IMG/VR virus record: IMGVR_UViG_3300011517_000006 | Coordinates: 1 to 64,000 of that record | Length of the DNA stretch: 64,000 nt | From: a virus | Lineage: Duplodnaviria > Caudoviricetes | Direction: 5' to 3' (one strand) | Part shown: positions 53,074 to 62,295 of the stretch, one piece after another | How positions within the stretch are numbered: the stretch's first letter is position 1 | Layout of the letters: the number at the start of each line of letters is the position of its first letter | The notes under the pieces: model-generated | The model's database searches: none | Seen by the model: the letters and a program-made list of their open reading frames with translations, nothing else | Told to the model about the DNA's origin: nothing | Position numbers and translations under genes: made by a program

Positions 53074-54446
53074 TGGCCGCCCTCCGGCTGAGCCCCGCCG
53101 TCGCCCAGCGCATCACCCATGAAGAACTTGGCCACCAAAGGCGTGATCGGCAGGTCGAGAACCCGGATGGCGTTAGCGACAGCGGAGCGGATCAGGTTCG
53201 CCGCGTCGTCGGCATCGTCGGAGGCCCCGTGCTGGACGGCATGCAGCTGTCCCATCGCCGCGACCAGCTGGAAGGCGACGCCGCCCTTGCTCGCGGGGGT
53301 CATGCGCAGGGCGGCGCTGGGGATGGCCGACAGGTCGTGGTCAGCGCGGGAATAGGCCAAGATCTCCCTGGGGTGCAGGGCGGTCGCGTTGCTCGCGTCG
53401 TGCTTCTCGAACGTGCTGAGAGCGTCGAGCATCTCGCCCGAGAGATCCGCGACCGCGCAACCGGCGGGCAGCGGCGCCGGGATACGGCCCATGCGCCGCG
53501 CGTCCTGCACAACCTGCTCCGCAAAGCTCAGAGCGTCGCGCTCGCCGGTCCACTCTTGGCTGAAGACCTGAGCCTTGAATGCAAGAGCTTCAGGCGTCTC
53601 GGCCGGCGTCGAGATGAGTGTTGCGACCGCTTCGTTGACCGCCCGCAGCGCAGCATCCTCTTCAGTTCGAAGCGCGACCAGCCCCAGTTCCTCCCCGAGG
53701 GCGGTCCGGTCCTTCTGGAACTGCAGGAAGACCGCCGCCTTGTCTGCCGCTTCTTCTGGGGTGAGCTTGGGATCGTCACCCCACGGCGCATGGACCGCCT
53801 GCTCGATGGACTGGACCGAAAGGTAATACCGGCGATCAGGGCCAGATCGTCGCAAGGCGTCGGGCCAAGGGCGGCGCTGACCCAGCTCAGCTTCAGCCGA
53901 ACTCAGGGCGGCTTGGGCCGCCTCAGAACGCCGCGCGGCAGCGAGATAGGCGTCGCGGGCGGCGTCCCATTCAGGCGACGCCCCGTCGCGATCCGCCCAG
54001 TCCTTGATAGCGACGTAAGCCGCGAGCAGACCATCACGCGCATCGTCGTGGTTCAGGTCTGTGACCGCTTGTTCGCCGCAGGAAAGGACATAGGCGCCGA
54101 TCCGCTTGACCATCGACGCGGGCTCGGCAGGGGGCAGGAACAGCAGGCGGTGGCCGAGGTCGCCGACGCGCTTATGCTCAGCGTGCCAGGCCTCAAACTC
54201 GGCCGTCTCGTCGTCACCCCGCGCATCGACAGCGCAGCACTCGTCCCAGAGCGCGGTAAGGCGTGGCTGCGCGTCCTCAATCGCCTGGATCAAGTCGCCC
54301 TCAGACATGGCGATGATCTCAGGTGAATCGTCAGGGGCGGCGGCATCGAAGGTCGCGACAGCCTCAGCGGCGTTCACGGCGTTTCGGGCAGCAGTCATCG
54401 CTCCCGCGCCGGTAGTGATAATCGGTTTTGTAATGGTGGCGCTCAT
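53070..54446 (-). CDS. Hypothetical helical protein
   Basis: Long ORF with phage codon usage; TPAETPEALAFKA-type motifs. Confidence 0.7.
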   Translation of the reverse strand: MSATITKPIITTGAGAMTAARNAVNAAEAVATFDAAAPDDSPEIIAMSEGDLIQAIEDAQPRLTALWDECCAVDARGDDETAEFEAWHAEHKRVGDLGHRLLFLPPAEPASMVKRIGAYVLSCGEQAVTDLNHDDARDGLLAAYVAIKDWADRDGASPEWDAARDAYLAAARRSEAAQAALSSAEAELGQRRPWPDALRRSGPDRRYYLSVQSIEQAVHAPWGDDPKLTPEEAADKAAVFLQFQKDRTALGEELGLVALRTEEDAALRAVNEAVATLISTPAETPEALAFKAQVFSQEWTGERDALSFAEQVVQDARRMGRIPAPLPAGCAVADLSGEMLDALSTFEKHDASNATALHPREILAYSRADHDLSAIPSAALRMTPASKGGVAFQLVAAMGQLHAVQHGASDDADDAANLIRSAVANAIRVLDLPITPLVAKFFMGDALGDGGAQPEGGQ

Positions 54447-54892
54447 CACGTAGCCGCCCTCTGCGAGGCGCGACGCGCCTTGAGGTTTCTCAGAGCCGTG
54501 GCGACCCCATCCGCGTTCACCGCAAGGGAGTGGACGCGATAGCTGATGCCGGGCGCGCGCCTCTCAGCTGCTTCCAGCCAGTTGAGCAGCCGAATGCCTT
54601 CATCGAGCACGGCGTCGGGCATGAGGTAAGCAAAGCTGCTTCCGCTCTCGCAGCGGATGTCGCAGCCAGCGCGACGATACGCGGACAGCCATTGCCGCTC
54701 TTCCCAAAGAGCTGGGCGTGGTTCTTTCCCGAAGTAGGGGAACAGATCCAGACCGACCAGCGCCAGGCGGCGTGCTTCGCGTAGATCGGCCTGGGAAGGC
54801 TTCGCCACGACCGGGATGCCAGCGGCTAGATCCGTTTCAAAATCGGTAGGCGGCAAATCCGCACGCGCTTCAGTGTTGGCAAAAGCCTGCAT
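54446..54892 (-). CDS. Hypothetical protein, first gene of the leftward early operon
   Basis: GAGGAG SD before MQAFANTE. Confidence 0.6.
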   Translation of the reverse strand: MQAFANTEARADLPPTDFETDLAAGIPVVAKPSQADLREARRLALVGLDLFPYFGKEPRPALWEERQWLSAYRRAGCDIRCESGSSFAYLMPDAVLDEGIRLLNWLEAAERRAPGISYRVHSLAVNADGVATALRNLKARRASQRAAT

Positions 54893-54925
54893 GGCGTTCT
54901 CCTCGGTGTGCGCGAACGATGACAA

Positions 54926-54960
54926 AGTGTGCTCATTGATGCAAGCACATTTTGTGCTTT
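54926..54960. promoter_or_regulatory. Operator region (OL analogue) of prophage 2
   Basis: AAGCACA-ttt-TGTGCTT palindrome 54943-54959; TGTGCTCATT shared with the cI/cro region. Confidence 0.6.
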
Positions 54961-55067
54961 CCTTGCTTGGGGCGTTTCTTCGAGACGCCATTATCGGTCG
55001 CAGAGCTACCCGCGGTCGTTGACTCTTCACTCCCCTAAAGGCCCCTTGCGGTAGTGAAGGAGTGGCC

Positions 55068-55301
55068 ATGCAGACCATCTATCGTGTGCAGACTTACCGC
55101 CGTCAGGGTCGACGCCTGGAGGCCGGGCAAATGCATCAGTTCGCCGATGAGGCAGCAGCGAGAGCCGCTGGGATTTCATTGTCTGGCAAGGCGGCGGGGG
55201 TCGTCGTCTATGCAATCAGTGGGGAACCAGAAGCCGACTTTTGGGACGAGCCGATGTTGCTGTCTCGGCATGGAGTCGCTCCTGAAGATCGGGAGGTCTG
55301 A
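55068..55301 (+). CDS. Hypothetical protein
   Basis: AAGGAG SD; coupled to the exonuclease gene. Confidence 0.65.
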   Translation: MQTIYRVQTYRRQGRRLEAGQMHQFADEAAARAAGISLSGKAAGVVVYAISGEPEADFWDEPMLLSRHGVAPEDREV

Positions 55302-56198
55302 ATGGGATTTCTGTCGAAGCTGTTCGGGTCGCCATCGAAGCCAGCCGCGCCATCTCCGATCTCGGCATGGAGCGTAGACTTTGTGGTCGTCGACGTTGAA
55401 ACAGCCTGCTCTCGCTCCAGCAGCATTTGCCAGATCGGGATCGTAGGCTTCCGCGAGGGCAAGGAGGTCGAGGCATTCGAAACCCTCGTTGATCCGCGCG
55501 ACGAGTTCGATGATTTCAACGTCCGCCTTCACGGGATCGGTCCGAACCACGTCCGAGGCCGACCGACATTCTCCGCTCTTCACTCCGTCGTAAACGCGCG
55601 CCTCGGCGGTCAGATCACCGTGGCTCATTCGAGCTTCGATAAAGGCGCGCTTGCGTCGGCCTGCGAGCGCCACGCTCTACCGAACATTTCAACTACATGG
55701 CTTGATAGCGTCATGGTTGCGCGAAGGGCCTGGCCTGAGCTGTCCAGTCACCGGCTGAACCTCCTGGCGGACTATCTTGGGATAGAGCATCGACACCACG
55801 ACGCGCTCAGCGATGCGCGCGCTGCCGGGATGGTGATCGTGAAGGCAATTGATCACACCGGCCTAAGCCTAGCCGACTGGCTGACGCCGCGCGCTCACGT
55901 GGTGCCTTCTCTCAAGCGCGCAGGCGGGGCGGGACCGCTCGCTGGGCACAGCGTGTCATTTACAGGCGAGTTTTCAGTAACCAAGGCAGAACTCGCCGAC
56001 CAACTGGCGGCCGCTGGTGCTGCGACGACCCCTGGGCCGACGAGGAAGACGACGATTTTCGTGGTCGGACAGCAGGACCCAGCGTCGCTGGCCGGGAAGG
56101 CAAAAAGCAACAAGCACCTCAAGGCCGAAATGCTTCTTGCCTCTGGCCAGCACATCCAGATTGTGGACGAGGCCGGCCTTCGAAAGCTGATGTCTTAG
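55302..56198 (+). CDS. DEDDh 3'-5' exonuclease fused to a BRCT domain
   Basis: VVVDVET, AHSSFD, DS and HHDALSDA motifs; C-terminal SVSFTGEF...AAGA..T..PTRKTTIFVVG. Confidence 0.88.
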   Translation: MGFLSKLFGSPSKPAAPSPISAWSVDFVVVDVETACSRSSSICQIGIVGFREGKEVEAFETLVDPRDEFDDFNVRLHGIGPNHVRGRPTFSALHSVVNARLGGQITVAHSSFDKGALASACERHALPNISTTWLDSVMVARRAWPELSSHRLNLLADYLGIEHRHHDALSDARAAGMVIVKAIDHTGLSLADWLTPRAHVVPSLKRAGGAGPLAGHSVSFTGEFSVTKAELADQLAAAGAATTPGPTRKTTIFVVGQQDPASLAGKAKSNKHLKAEMLLASGQHIQIVDEAGLRKLMS

Positions 56199-56782
56199 CG
56201 CGGCCGCATGTTGGTGACGACCGCGGCCCACTCCACAGTCTGGTCCGTCAGGGTGGGCTCGTTGCTATTACTGTCGAGATGGAAAAGGCCGTTGGCTGCG
56301 GGACGCAGGCGCTTAACCAGCACCCTCCCGTCGGCCAGGCCCACGACACAGAGCCTGTTGAACATGTCGGGTGTCACTGGCGAGCGCACATCGTCGTAGA
56401 AGACCAGCCAGTTGTCCAGCACAGGACCCAAGCTGTCGCCGCGGATTTCCGCAGCCACCGTCTTGGGACCAGCATTGTCGGGAGCAGCCACGTAGTCGAG
56501 GTTGCCCTGCCCTTCCGAATACAAGACCGCCGCCGATCCGGCGGCCACGTAGCCGACGACTGGAACTTGCCGATGTTCTGCGTCAGCCCCGCTCATCTCG
56601 AGCTCTGAGGGTTTCATGAGCAGGGCGAGCGCGACTCGCTCCACGTCCGCTCTGGTGGGCTCCGTCCTATTCCGCTCCCACGACGATATCGTCGTCTGCG
56701 CCGTCCCAACGGCTAGGGCTAGCGCTCTTTGCGACATTCCTTTGGCCTGCCTGGCCCGAGCGATGCGATCCCCGATCTTCAT
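56195..56782 (-). CDS. cI: CI-like repressor of prophage 2 (XRE HTH plus S24)
   Basis: MSQRALALAVGTAQTTISSWE; VAAG; IRGDSL; VKR. Confidence 0.9.
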   Translation of the reverse strand: MKIGDRIARARQAKGMSQRALALAVGTAQTTISSWERNRTEPTRADVERVALALLMKPSELEMSGADAEHRQVPVVGYVAAGSAAVLYSEGQGNLDYVAAPDNAGPKTVAAEIRGDSLGPVLDNWLVFYDDVRSPVTPDMFNRLCVVGLADGRVLVKRLRPAANGLFHLDSNSNEPTLTDQTVEWAAVVTNMRPR

Positions 56783-56827
56783 GGCGGGAACGTGCCGCTG
56801 CACACTGGCGGCGTCTAACGACAATAT

Positions 56828-56855
56828 GTGCTTGTCACAAGCACGCTTTGTGCTC
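56828..56855. promoter_or_regulatory. Operator region (OR analogue) of prophage 2
   Basis: GTGCTTGT-c-ACAAGCAC perfect dyad overlapping AAGCAC-gcttt-GTGCTC. Confidence 0.65.
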
Positions 56856-56866
56856 ATTATGGCCTC

Positions 56867-57115
56867 ATGCGAAGCCATAGCCAGATTGTTCGAGATTTCG
56901 GCGCCGCCGGTCTTCACCGGGCCTTGCGTGCTCGGGGCCATGTTATTCATCCGTCGACTCCGCAGCGGTGGGCTGAACGAAACTCCATCCCCGGGGGATT
57001 TTGGGCCGACTTCGTCGATATCGGCGCCTCAACGCTGAAAGAACTGGCCGACGCCGCCCGCCAGGGGGCGGGCTGTGGCGACCGTCAGCGCGAAACCGAC
57101 CGCGGGGCCGCCTGA
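56867..57115 (+). CDS. Cro-like protein of prophage 2
   Basis: Divergent from cI; TPQRWAERNSIPGGFW motif. Confidence 0.72.
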   Translation: MRSHSQIVRDFGAAGLHRALRARGHVIHPSTPQRWAERNSIPGGFWADFVDIGASTLKELADAARQGAGCGDRQRETDRGAA

Positions 57116-57359
57116 TGCAACGCCCCTCTCGCCTTCTCCCGCTGCTCCTGAGCCAGACGCCACCACTTCGGGTCGCGCGTCTCCCGCGCCGCGACGCTGC
57201 AGGCTCCGGCCGCAACTCCATGGCGGATCGCCCGCAAGATTTCTGCGGACGGCTCCGGTCCGCTGTTCGCCCTGTCCAACATCTCAACCTCCAATCCTGT
57301 GAGGCGACATTCGGCCAACGCCGGTCGCCCGTCACCTTGCATGCACAAGGCTCTTGGCA

Positions 57360-57803
57360 ATGAACGACTTCTCCCCCGCTCTTCTGAAGGCGCACTTCGG
57401 CCAGCTGGTCGACGCCGTCGGCACCCAAGAAGCGGCCGCCGCATTCCTCGGCGTCAGCCGTCAGCGCGTCGGCCAGTTGATCAGCACGGCGAACAACGAC
57501 CTGCCGACCTGGGCGCAGGTGTGGAAGCTGGAAAAGGTGACGGGACAATCGCTGGTCTTCGGCGCGTTCGGTCGCATGACGGCGGGCGAAGAGGCCCACA
57601 CCGGCGCCCTAACCGCTGCAGTCGAAAGCACCGCCACGGCGACCCGCGCCCTTCAGGCCGTCCACGCGGCCAAGGCCGATGGCGTCATCGAGCAACACGA
57701 GGTCGAGGCTGTGCGCGACGCGGCGCGAGACAACCTGATCGCCGCCCAGCGCCAATACGACGAGAGCATGCGCTTGCGCTCGACAGCGGGAGCTGATGCA
57801 TGA
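57360..57803 (+). CDS. CII-like regulator
   Basis: AAAAFLGVSRQRVGQL HTH; position after cro. Confidence 0.6.
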   Translation: MNDFSPALLKAHFGQLVDAVGTQEAAAAFLGVSRQRVGQLISTANNDLPTWAQVWKLEKVTGQSLVFGAFGRMTAGEEAHTGALTAAVESTATATRALQAVHAAKADGVIEQHEVEAVRDAARDNLIAAQRQYDESMRLRSTAGADA

Positions 57804-58804
57804 TCCAGATCGACCGGATCACGACCTTCGACCGCGTCCGTCAGGCGGATCGCAAGCAGGTTGAAGCCTTGGCGGAAAGCATCCGCGAGGTCGGGCTGCT
57901 CAACCCCATCGCGGTGGCGCCGGATGGCGAGGGCTATGCCCTGATCGCCGGGATGCACCGGCTGGAAGCTGCGCGCCTGCTCGGCTGGACGGAAATCCCG
58001 GCCACCGTGCTGGCGCTGGATCAGCATCGCCGGATCATCGCCGAGTGCGACGAAAACCTGTGCGCGCCGTCCCTGACGCCCGCCGAACGCGCTGAGTTCA
58101 CGCGCCGCCGTAAGGCTGCATATGAGGCGCTGCACCCGGAGACGCGGGCTGATGCGCCAAAGGGCAATCAATATGCTTCTCGCCAAGTTGGCGACAAGCA
58201 ACCGGCGCCCCGCTTCACCGCCGATACCGCCGCCGCCACGGGCCAATCTGAGCGGGCCGTTCAGCGCGACGCCGAGCGGGGCGAGAAGGTCTCTGACGAA
58301 GCTCTGGCGCTGATCAAGGGGACCCGCCTCGACACCGGGCGCTACCTCGACAGCATCAAGAACCTGTCGCCCGCGGATCAGGTGGCGAAGGTGGAAGCGG
58401 ACCTGACACCGCCCTCTGAAGGCGTCGAAAAACGGGACACGCACCCCGCCGAACCTGTCGAGCCCATCGACCCCGCCGAAGCCAAGGCTCGTCGCGAGAT
58501 CGCCCAACTCCCCGACGAGGCCAAGGTCGACGAGATCGTCGGCCTACGCGCTGAAGTCATCGACCTCCGCAAAGCGGTCAAGGAACATAAAGCCAACACC
58601 GCCAGGCTGAAAACCCAGTTGAAGGGCCACGAGGGCGACAAGGACGACACGATCCGGGCGCTCCAAAGGAAGCTGGACCACGCGAACAGCGAGATGTTCC
58701 GCGCCAAGGAGGAGGCTGCGCGCGTCCTTCGCCACAACCACGTCCTGAAGAAGGAAATCGACAAGCTCAAGGCTGAGATCGAGAACCAGGTGTTCCAGCT
58801 TTGA
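57800..58804 (+). CDS. ParB N-terminal domain protein with coiled-coil tail
   Basis: LAESIREVGLLNPI, LIAGMHRLEA, ECDENL.....LTPAE. Confidence 0.85.
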   Translation: MIQIDRITTFDRVRQADRKQVEALAESIREVGLLNPIAVAPDGEGYALIAGMHRLEAARLLGWTEIPATVLALDQHRRIIAECDENLCAPSLTPAERAEFTRRRKAAYEALHPETRADAPKGNQYASRQVGDKQPAPRFTADTAAATGQSERAVQRDAERGEKVSDEALALIKGTRLDTGRYLDSIKNLSPADQVAKVEADLTPPSEGVEKRDTHPAEPVEPIDPAEAKARREIAQLPDEAKVDEIVGLRAEVIDLRKAVKEHKANTARLKTQLKGHEGDKDDTIRALQRKLDHANSEMFRAKEEAARVLRHNHVLKKEIDKLKAEIENQVFQL

Positions 58805-59052
58805 GCATCGTCGAGCGCATCAGAGCCCATGGCGGCGAGGTCGGACGGGACCGCTGGAACATCAGCCTCCGCAAGGGACGGCTGGATGCGACGGCGCTCG
58901 CCTGGATCGCGAAGCACCGGGGCCAGCTGATGCGCGAGATCTGGCCTGAATACGACGCCTTCGAAGAGCGCGCCGCCATCATGGAGTACGACGGCGGGCT
59001 GCCCCGACAGGAGGCTGAGCGCGCCGCATACCGGGAGGTGTGCGGATGCTGA
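58801..59052 (+). CDS. Hypothetical phage protein
   Basis: FEERAAIMEYDGGLPRQEAE motif. Confidence 0.7.
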   Translation: MSIVERIRAHGGEVGRDRWNISLRKGRLDATALAWIAKHRGQLMREIWPEYDAFEERAAIMEYDGGLPRQEAERAAYREVCGC

Positions 59053-60614
59053 CGTTCGTCGACGCCAGGGAGATTGCTCTGCGGCCCTATCAGGGATCGG
59101 TGGTTGAGCGGCTGCGCGAGAAAATCCGGCAGCGCATCAAGCGGCTGATCCTGTGCGCCACGACCGGCGCGGGGAAGACGCTGATCTCGGCTTACCTGAT
59201 CAAAGAGGCGGCGAAGAAGGGCAGCTATGTGCTGTTCATCGTCGACCGCGTCGCCCTCGTGGAGCAGACCAGCGCCGTCTTCGATGAATACGGTATCCCC
59301 CACGGCATCGTACAGGGCATCCACCAACGGTGGGCGCCGCGCGAAAACGTGCAGGTCTGTTCGGCCCAGACGCTCGCTCGCCGCAGCCTGCCGCGCGACC
59401 CCGACCTGATCATCGTCGATGAGGCACACTGCCAGTTCAAGGCCACGATCGAGTTCATGAACCGCTATCCAAACGCGGTGAAGATCGGCCTGACGGCCAC
59501 CCCGTTCACCAAGGGCATGGGCCAGCACTGGGACGGCATGGTCAACGCGGTTTCGACCCGTCAGTTGATCAACGACGGCTTCCTGGTCGAGCCCAAGATT
59601 TTCGTCGCCAAGAGCCCCGGCGACAGCGAGCTGGGTCGCAACAGCTTCGGCGAGTTCAGTGACCAAAGCGCCGCAGACGCCGGGATCAAGATCGTCGGCG
59701 ACGTGGTTCAGGAATGGATCGCCAAGACGCGCGAGCACTTCGGCGGGCCGGTGAAGACCATCGTATTTAGCCCGACAGTCGAGCATGGGCGCGAGCTATG
59801 CGCCGCCTTCGCCGCCGCCGGGTTCAACTTCCAGCAGATCAGCTATCTCGACGACGAGGACGAGCGGATGGAGCGGATCGCCGAGTTCCGCCGCCCCGAC
59901 AGCTTGATCCACGGCCTGATTTCCTGCGGCGTCCTGACCAAGGGTTTCGACGTGCCCGACGTTCGGGTCGGCATCTCCTGCAAGCCCTATCGCAAGAGCC
60001 TCTCCAGCCACATGCAGGAGATCGGCCGCGTGATGCGATCGCATCCCGGTAAGGACGTGGCCCTTTGGCTCGATCACTCGGGCAACTTCGAGCGGTTCGC
60101 CCTGGACATGTACGACGTCTGGGAGAACGGGGCGGGCGAACTGGATAAGGCCGAGAAGCGCGACAGCGTGGCCCGGGAGCGGAACCAGAAGGCCAGAGAA
60201 AAGGTCGTCTGCCCCGAATGCTCAGGCGCCCTGCGCGGCACGACCTGCACCGCCTGCGGCTGGGAGAAGCCCGCGCGGTCGGGCATCCAGGCCGTCGAGG
60301 GCGAACTGCGCGAATTTGATGCGGGCGCGATGGGGATGGAGGCGCGTCCGGGGCTTCGCGCCGAATGCCTGAAGAACCCCAAGGCGGTGTATAACGCTGC
60401 GCTCTGCTACAGTATCGACCAAAGCCGCAGCGGTGACTGTGAGGCCGCCCGGAAGCGCGCATATGCCATCTGGCGCGGGGTCTACCCGAGCAGCAAGCCG
60501 CCCTATCACTGGTTCGACATGGCGACGGTCGCTCCCGACGCCGGAGCCTATGCGCTGGTGGATCGCGAGGTCCTGCGGTTCCGCAAGCAGAGCAAGATGC
60601 GGAGGGCTGCATGA
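59046..60614 (+). CDS. SF2 DEAD/DEAH helicase with C-terminal zinc finger
   Basis: TGAGKT, DEAH, TAT, KGFD, QEIGRVMR; CPEC...CTACG. Confidence 0.92.
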   Translation: MLTFVDAREIALRPYQGSVVERLREKIRQRIKRLILCATTGAGKTLISAYLIKEAAKKGSYVLFIVDRVALVEQTSAVFDEYGIPHGIVQGIHQRWAPRENVQVCSAQTLARRSLPRDPDLIIVDEAHCQFKATIEFMNRYPNAVKIGLTATPFTKGMGQHWDGMVNAVSTRQLINDGFLVEPKIFVAKSPGDSELGRNSFGEFSDQSAADAGIKIVGDVVQEWIAKTREHFGGPVKTIVFSPTVEHGRELCAAFAAAGFNFQQISYLDDEDERMERIAEFRRPDSLIHGLISCGVLTKGFDVPDVRVGISCKPYRKSLSSHMQEIGRVMRSHPGKDVALWLDHSGNFERFALDMYDVWENGAGELDKAEKRDSVARERNQKAREKVVCPECSGALRGTTCTACGWEKPARSGIQAVEGELREFDAGAMGMEARPGLRAECLKNPKAVYNAALCYSIDQSRSGDCEAARKRAYAIWRGVYPSSKPPYHWFDMATVAPDAGAYALVDREVLRFRKQSKMRRAA

Positions 60615-61531
60615 CCCTGTCGCTGACGGAAGCGCTGCATCAGGCCTGTGCGGTGGTAGGCATCGAGCCGCCCAAGCGTCGGCTGTCCCCGGGCCAGTGG
60701 GTGCGCACGGACACCAAGGGCAAGAACGGCCGCGACGACGCCGCCGTCCTGATCTTCGACGACGAGAACGGCGGCATGGTCTGGAACCACCAGACCGGCG
60801 CCAATCACCGCTTCAGCCTTGCCGGGTCTGGCCAGGTGCGCCGCGATCCCGAAGCTGAACGCCGTGCCCGCCGTCGCGAGGCCGCCCGGCTAGCCGAGCA
60901 GCAAGAGGTCGAGCGGATCTGCGCGGCCATCGTGCGCGGCTGCCGCCAAGACAAGCATCCCTATCTGGAGAAGAAGGGCTTCCCTGACGAGCTGGGGCTG
61001 GTCTGCGACGTGCCCAGCAAGTTCTTCCCTGAGACGCCCTTCGGCGAAGCCCTGGCCAAGGCTCTGCCGGGCATCGGCCCCTTCCTGATCGTTCCCGGCC
61101 GCATCGGCGGCAAGGTTACGACGGTGCAGTTCATCACCGCCGACGGGGCGAAGAAGAACATCCTGCGCGGAGCCCAGGGCGGCGCCAGCCACAGGATCGC
61201 CACAGGGCGCGATACGTGGGTGTGCGAGGGCATCGCCACGGCCCTGAGCGTCAGGGCGGCCCTGCGGCTCCTGGGGGTGTCTGCGACCGTTCTGAGCGCC
61301 TTCTCGGCCTCTAACGTGGAGAAGGTGGCTGCGGGCATCCCTGGCGCTCGCATCGCGGCTGACCACGACGCCCCGAACCCGCATCTCGAGGGCAAGGGCG
61401 CAGGCGAGTTCTATGCGCGCCGCTCGGGCTGCGCATGGACCATGCCGCCGTCCATCGGCGACTTTAACGACATGCACATGGAGCGCGGTCTGAGGGCCGT
61501 CGCACTGCATCTCAGGGAGGCGCTGGGATGA
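60611..61531 (+). CDS. Toprim-domain primase
   Basis: HPYLEKKG, VQFI, VCEGIATA, IAADHD and GDFND motifs. Confidence 0.85.
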   Translation: MTLSLTEALHQACAVVGIEPPKRRLSPGQWVRTDTKGKNGRDDAAVLIFDDENGGMVWNHQTGANHRFSLAGSGQVRRDPEAERRARRREAARLAEQQEVERICAAIVRGCRQDKHPYLEKKGFPDELGLVCDVPSKFFPETPFGEALAKALPGIGPFLIVPGRIGGKVTTVQFITADGAKKNILRGAQGGASHRIATGRDTWVCEGIATALSVRAALRLLGVSATVLSAFSASNVEKVAAGIPGARIAADHDAPNPHLEGKGAGEFYARRSGCAWTMPPSIGDFNDMHMERGLRAVALHLREALG

Positions 61532-61544
61532 CGTGATGCAGGAT

Positions 61545-61995
61545 CATTTCGCGATGTGTTTCTCGCGAGCAATCAGGCGACGGCTAGGGCCGAAACCTGA
61601 TCGGCATGGGGATGGTAAGGCCCCGGTGTGCGCGCCGAAAGCGCACGAGATAGGCCCTCTGCAAGTAGCACCCGCTCTGATGTGTGGCGGAAGCGAACGG
61701 GTCACGAAACACCAGCCGCCTTACCCACACAGGACGCACCCGCAAGAGGTGCAGCCGCGTACGTCTCGCCATCGAATGACGTGCAATGCGGTGCCGCCAG
61801 GTCTCCGGAAGGAGAGCGAAGCGACGGCCATGGATCGACAGCCTGACCCCGATCCAGCGCAGACCAGCGCGAGCCGATTTGATGGAGTGTTACTGCGTGT
61901 CCCAGATGACCCTCAGTTCAGAAACACACTTCGTCCCATAGCAGGGCGAAGTGTGCCCAGCGGAACCCGAGAGCCCTAGTTCAGAAACTAGTTCA
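61545..61995 (+). ncRNA. Candidate structured non-coding RNA (or hairpin-rich origin)
   Basis: At least eight stem-loops including GCAA and GGAA tetraloops; the overlapping ORF looks spurious. Confidence 0.45.
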
Positions 61996-62015
61996 ACAAG
62001 GAAAGGAGAGCAGTA

Positions 62016-62291
62016 GTGGTCGCTAAGAAGAAGCTCAGCCGGAAGGAGCGTGAAGCTTCACGCGAAGAGGCTGCTCGGCGGTTTGACGAAATCGCCTCCC
62101 TCGTCAGCGAGGCCAGAAAGAACGACGAGATTGGATCGCATTACAGCCTTTGGATCGACCAACACCGGCGCGTCGAGTGGTGGCCTGGAGCTCAGCACTG
62201 GCGTTGCAGCACCCAGACGGATCACTTCGGCCCAATGGATGATTTGCTGACGTGGCTTCGGTCTGAGACCGCTCCAGGCCGGAGCATTTGA
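62016..62291 (+). CDS. Hypothetical protein
   Basis: AAGGAG SD; GTG start. Confidence 0.6.
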   Translation: MVAKKKLSRKEREASREEAARRFDEIASLVSEARKNDEIGSHYSLWIDQHRRVEWWPGAQHWRCSTQTDHFGPMDDLLTWLRSETAPGRSI

Positions 62292-62295
62292 CCTG

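Noticed and set aside
57085-57363. Short ORFs between cro and the CII-like gene on both strands
   Set aside because: Neither has motifs or convincing codon usage.
61533-61979. 148-aa protein-coding gene
   Set aside because: No motif, atypical codon usage, no SD; the region is better explained by secondary structure.
61979-61994. GTTC...GTTC as a LexA box
   Set aside because: Spacing is N8, not N7; better explained as part of the AGTTCAGAAAC repeat.
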